Assembly: GCA_963792585.1 (NCBI GenBank)
Contig: CAWBWI010000006.1
Span: 448,001-512,000, forward strand
Direction: 5' to 3'
DNA: 64,000 nt
From: Candidatus Eiseniibacteriota bacterium
GTDB taxonomy: Bacteria > Eisenbacteria > RBG-16-71-46 > CAIMUX01 > VGJL01
In this document: positions 60,166-64,000 of the stretch, one piece after another
Numbering within the stretch: position 1 is the stretch's first letter
How the letters are laid out: every line of letters begins with the position of its first letter
Notes under the pieces: generated by a model
Told to the model about the DNA's origin: nothing
The model's database searches: none
The model's input: only the letters and a program-made list of their open reading frames with translations
Position numbers and translations under genes: made by a program

Positions 60166-63100
60166 CTACGGACCGAACGACGTGAACGGACCGGCCGGAA
60201 GCGGCGACTTCTCCCGTGCGGCGGCTACCTCATTCCACAGAGTGAGAAGCTCGACGCCCGCGAGAGGGTGCGCCCGCGGCCAGGTCGCCAACCTCAAGGC
60301 CGCCAGATCCCACCAACCTCCGTGCACGAGGGAGCGGATGAGCGCCGCGTCGATCTCCCGGTCGTCCGGATGCTCCACAAGCCACTCCTGCGCCCCCTTG
60401 CGCAGGTCGGCGTCCTTCCCTTCAGCAGCCAGCAACAGCAGATCGACCCGCTTCGCCCGCGGAACATCGGGATCGAGGATCCGAGCCGCATCGAGCCGCT
60501 TGCGCGCTCCCGCCGCGTCCCCTTTCCGCAATGCGATCTCGGCGGCCAACTCTTCGAGGACCGCCTGCTTGTCGCGGCGGTCGGCGATCTTGCGGCCGTC
60601 CTTCGGGTCCTCCGCAGGCAGGCTCTCGGTGAGCTTTGCGAACGCCTTGTCGATCGCCCCGGCGTCCGCGCTCCGCAGGAGAAGCACCACCCGCGCCGCC
60701 CGCAAGTCCCACAGGTCGTTCGGCGGCGGGGCATCCTCCGCGTCCTCGTCGACGTCCTCATCCTTGTTCACGGACTCCGGGGCCGCGCTGCGCAACGCCT
60801 CCGCCTGATCGAGGTCCATCAACACCGTTGCGCGCAGCGCATCCGGGACATCAGAGCGGGCAGCGAACAGCCGTGCGCGATCGAGGGCTCTTTCCACCAC
60901 CTCCTCGACAGCCGCGTCCGCAGAGAGGTCGAGCGGCCGCATGTCCGCCTCGATGGGCACCGTGGCCAGGACGGCGCCATCGGCATGCTTGATGCGTAGA
61001 CTGCCGCGCAGGATCCCACCTTCCTCCAGATCCTCGAAACGAAGGAAGAACCGGCGCCTTTCCCCGCCCACGAGCCGGGTGGTCGCGAGGCTGTCCGCGC
61101 CTTTCCCGAAACCGTTGACCGGATCCCGAAAGACCGTCCCGGCGATCGGTCCCGTCGGGGAAAGCCGCACGGGACTCGCCAGAGCGCCCGCCCCGTCGAA
61201 CATCCGTCCTCCGCGCGCCCAGATCGAGAAGACGATCCGGAATGTCCCCGCGCGCGGGGCGGTGAAGATCGTCCTCGGTTCAGTCAGATAGCCGTTGGCG
61301 ACCTCGCATCCGGAATCGTCATAGACACGGAAGATCGCGTCGTCGAGAAAGTCCTCGAGCTCCGGAGATGTGCGCAGATCGAACTCGATCGTCTCCCCGT
61401 CGTCGACTGATAGATAGGCGTTCCCCTCCTGAATCAGCGACGGAATCTCGTTGAGGGGGAATGGGAGGAGGGTGTCGGGACGCACCTGCCACTCGACGTC
61501 GATGGGCTCTACCGCGCGGTCGAGAGATGCTTCGAACGAGACGGTGGATGCCCATGTGGGTGCCATCACGACGACCCCGACGCCCGGGCGCCCGGCGGGC
61601 ACGCGCAGGGACGGCTCGCCGGCGACGGTGACGCCGGCGAACTCGAGGCGATAGTCGAGGCGTCCGGGGCGGTTGTCGTGCCACCGACTGAAGACCGCCA
61701 GCTCCAGCACGTCGCCGCCTAGAACGCCCGTATCGAGGCGCCCTTCCTGTCCTGCGGCGAGGACGAAGCGCCGCTCGGTTCCCCGATCCCCCGGAGGACG
61801 CACAAGATCCGGCGCCGACAGTGCGATCTCGTAGCCGTTCGCCGGGTTCGCGAGCATCTCGCGTACGGTCAGGCGCGCGATCGTCGCCCCCTGCGGCACG
61901 CGGAAGAAGGCGCTGCGCCGATCGCCGCGCGTGAAGACCATCGTTCCCTCCGCGATGGGGCGGCGCGCGTCGACATCCTCCGGCTTGATCACGGTGGCGA
62001 CGAGCTCGAACTCCGTCCCCGCCTCCGGGTGCGCGACATCGCGCGCGACGATCCGGCCCACATTAAGGCCGGGCTGCATGAGGGCGGGATCGATCCGCAC
62101 GGAGATTCCAGCGCCGCTCGACGCGAGCGAAACCTGCGGCGGCGCCTGCATCCAGTTGGTCTCGCTCACGAGCTTCACGATCCTCAGGAAGTCCGCTCGC
62201 ACGCCCTGGAGCGAGTCACTCGGGAAATCCGGGCGCACCGTGTAATCCACGCGGTAGGGGGCCCGCTCGCGGAGGTCGCGCTCGTAATAGCCCCCGCCGA
62301 TGCCGGTCGCGTTGTGCACCCTCACGATGTATCCGACGACGGGATGCTCCGCGCCCCGATCATGCGGGGTGCGGGAGAGGACGACCTTCGTCGGATACGT
62401 GGCCGCGAGGCTGCCGCAGGCATCGAGCGTCGCCAGCGCCTGCGGCATGCCGCCCCCCTGCTCGATCACGGGGATCCCCTCGAGCCTGCGGGCGCCGACG
62501 CGCATCGCGCGGCGCAGCCGGTCGGGGGTGACCGGAATCCCCATCTGCCGTGCATGCGGAGAGGATCAGCGCGCAGAAGCCCGCCCCCTGCGGGCTCGCC
62601 ATGCTCGTCCCGTTCCACGATTCGCTCTTCACGAGCATCCAGGTCGGCAGGGTCGATAGCGCCGCGCCGGGGGAGATGAAGTCGATCCCCGGATCGCCGT
62701 CGAGCAACGGTCCGCGCGAGCTGAACTGGAACATGTCGTCGCGCCGCGGCTCGAGCGAACCGTAGTTCGTCTGCTGCGTCTTCGTCGAGACAGCCGCGCC
62801 CCAGCCGAAGATGCGCCGCGCGGTGCCGGGCGCGCCGATCGTCGAAAGGGCGGGCCCCGAGTTGCCGGCGCTCGAGCAGACGATGACGCCGGTCCGTTCG
62901 ACGAGCTCGTCGAGAAACGCGCGACGTCTTCGTTGCCGTCGTCGAAGAACGTGTCGCCGCCGAAGGAGATGTTGATCACGTCGGCGCCCTGGTCGACGGC
63001 CCACTGCGCCGCCTTGAGGATGCTGTTGTGCGAGGTCGAGCCTCCCATCCGACCGTTGCCGACCTTCCCCGCGAGAAACCGGAAACCAGGCGCAAGGCCG

Positions 63101-63955
63101 TTCAACGGATCGTTTGGACCGTAGTAGCCGCCCACGATCCCCGCGACGTGCGTCCCGTGCCCTCCCTCGTCGAAGAAGAGGAAGAGCGAGGACCCGTCGG
63201 GCGCGATCCGCTCGAGCGCGACCGCGAAGTGCACGGGATCAGGGAAGCGGGCGATGTCCTGCGTTCGCGGTACGGATGAAGCGGCGTCTCCTCCGCGAGG
63301 TCGCCGTCGCCGTCCGTGTCGATCCGGACTTCCCACTGCGCCCCGCTTGCGAAGCGGCGACGTCGAAGCGATCGCCGGGATCCTCGTCCTCGTCGAGGAG
63401 CGACTCGAAGGCCTCGCGCAGCGCGTCGGTGCGATCACCCGAGCGGTCCGCGTCGGTCGCCTCCCAGCGCTCGCGCTCGCGGCGCCACGCTTCCTTCCGC
63501 TCCGCCGCTCGTCGCCCGGCGAGCCCGCCGGGGAAGCATTCCCGATCGACGATCAGACCGAGGCGGACGTTCGTGCCGTGCCGAGATCGGCGGGAAACTT
63601 CAGCGATCGGCCCGTCAGGCCGCGCAGGCGCGCGTCCCCGCGTTCGCTCTGATCGGCAGGGCCAGGAAGCCGTCGTCCGTGCCGTCGAAGACGTCGATGA
63701 TCTTCGCTTCCCCGTGGAGGTCGTCTGCAGGGCCGGATGCTCGAGGTCGATGCCCGTGTCGAGGATCGCGACGACGATCCCTCGGCCGTCGGCGTCGGGA
63801 TGCTCCTTGAGGAAGGCGAGCACCCCGAGGTCCTCCTTCGGCAGGAAGCCCTGCAGGAGGCTCGCGTCGTCGGCGGGAGCGGGTGCCGCCGGGCGGGCCG
63901 GGGCGGCGGAGAAGGCACGGGACGGGGCAATTCCGGCGCATGCGAGGAAATCCAA
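60166..63955 (-). pseudogene. Tripeptidyl-peptidase II-like S8 subtilase, frameshifted in its 5' part (probably sequence error)
   Basis: Motifs spread over different frames: LPKED..., DGRGIVVAILDTG, HGTHVAG, SAGNSGP, NGTSMASP; 3' 2.4 kb is one open frame; true start uncertain. Confidence 0.75.
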
Positions 63956-64000
63956 CCCGTTGAGGTCAAGATAAGCAGGGCAAGAAGACGAATCTCACAG

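Noticed and set aside
62540..63720. Programmed ribosomal frameshifting in the subtilase
   Set aside because: Too many shifts and no consistent slippery sites; sequencing error or decay is simpler

Overview
High-GC bacterial chromosomal segment with no rRNA, tRNA, CRISPR array, transposase or phage genes. The many secreted proteins with FlgD-Ig/T9SS-like or 'TWGxIxxLY' C-termini suggest an FCB-group candidate phylum such as Ca. Eisenbacteria (inference only). Left half: MalT/BTAD-type regulator, divergent heme O/heme A synthases, fused 2-oxoacid dehydrogenase E1, an orphan SbnI-like ParB/Srx-fold protein, a TPP-riboswitch-controlled thiO-thiS-thiG-thiE operon, ada/alkA-ogt, an MFS transporter, a divergent pair made of a degenerate GAF/sigma-54-type regulator and a kinase-AAA-TPR protein, mlaEFD, eis, dedA, a TIGR03960/TIGR03936 radical SAM fusion and a GT39 glycosyltransferase. 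Right half is accessory-like: a cluster of secreted repeat/beta-propeller proteins interspersed with six copies of a ~75-bp structured repeat showing compensatory base changes; a stand-alone highly reducing type I PKS (KS-AT-DH-cMT-ER-KR-ACP, no release domain) divergent from a four-gene ABC/LolA-like/outer-membrane-barrel export operon; an M43 metalloprotease; and a TPP-II-like subtilase whose 5' part carries multiple frameshifts. The best candidates for new biology are the PKS plus trans-envelope export system, the structured repeat family, and the kinase / pseudo-enhancer-binding-protein pair. All calls come from motif reading; no searches were run.
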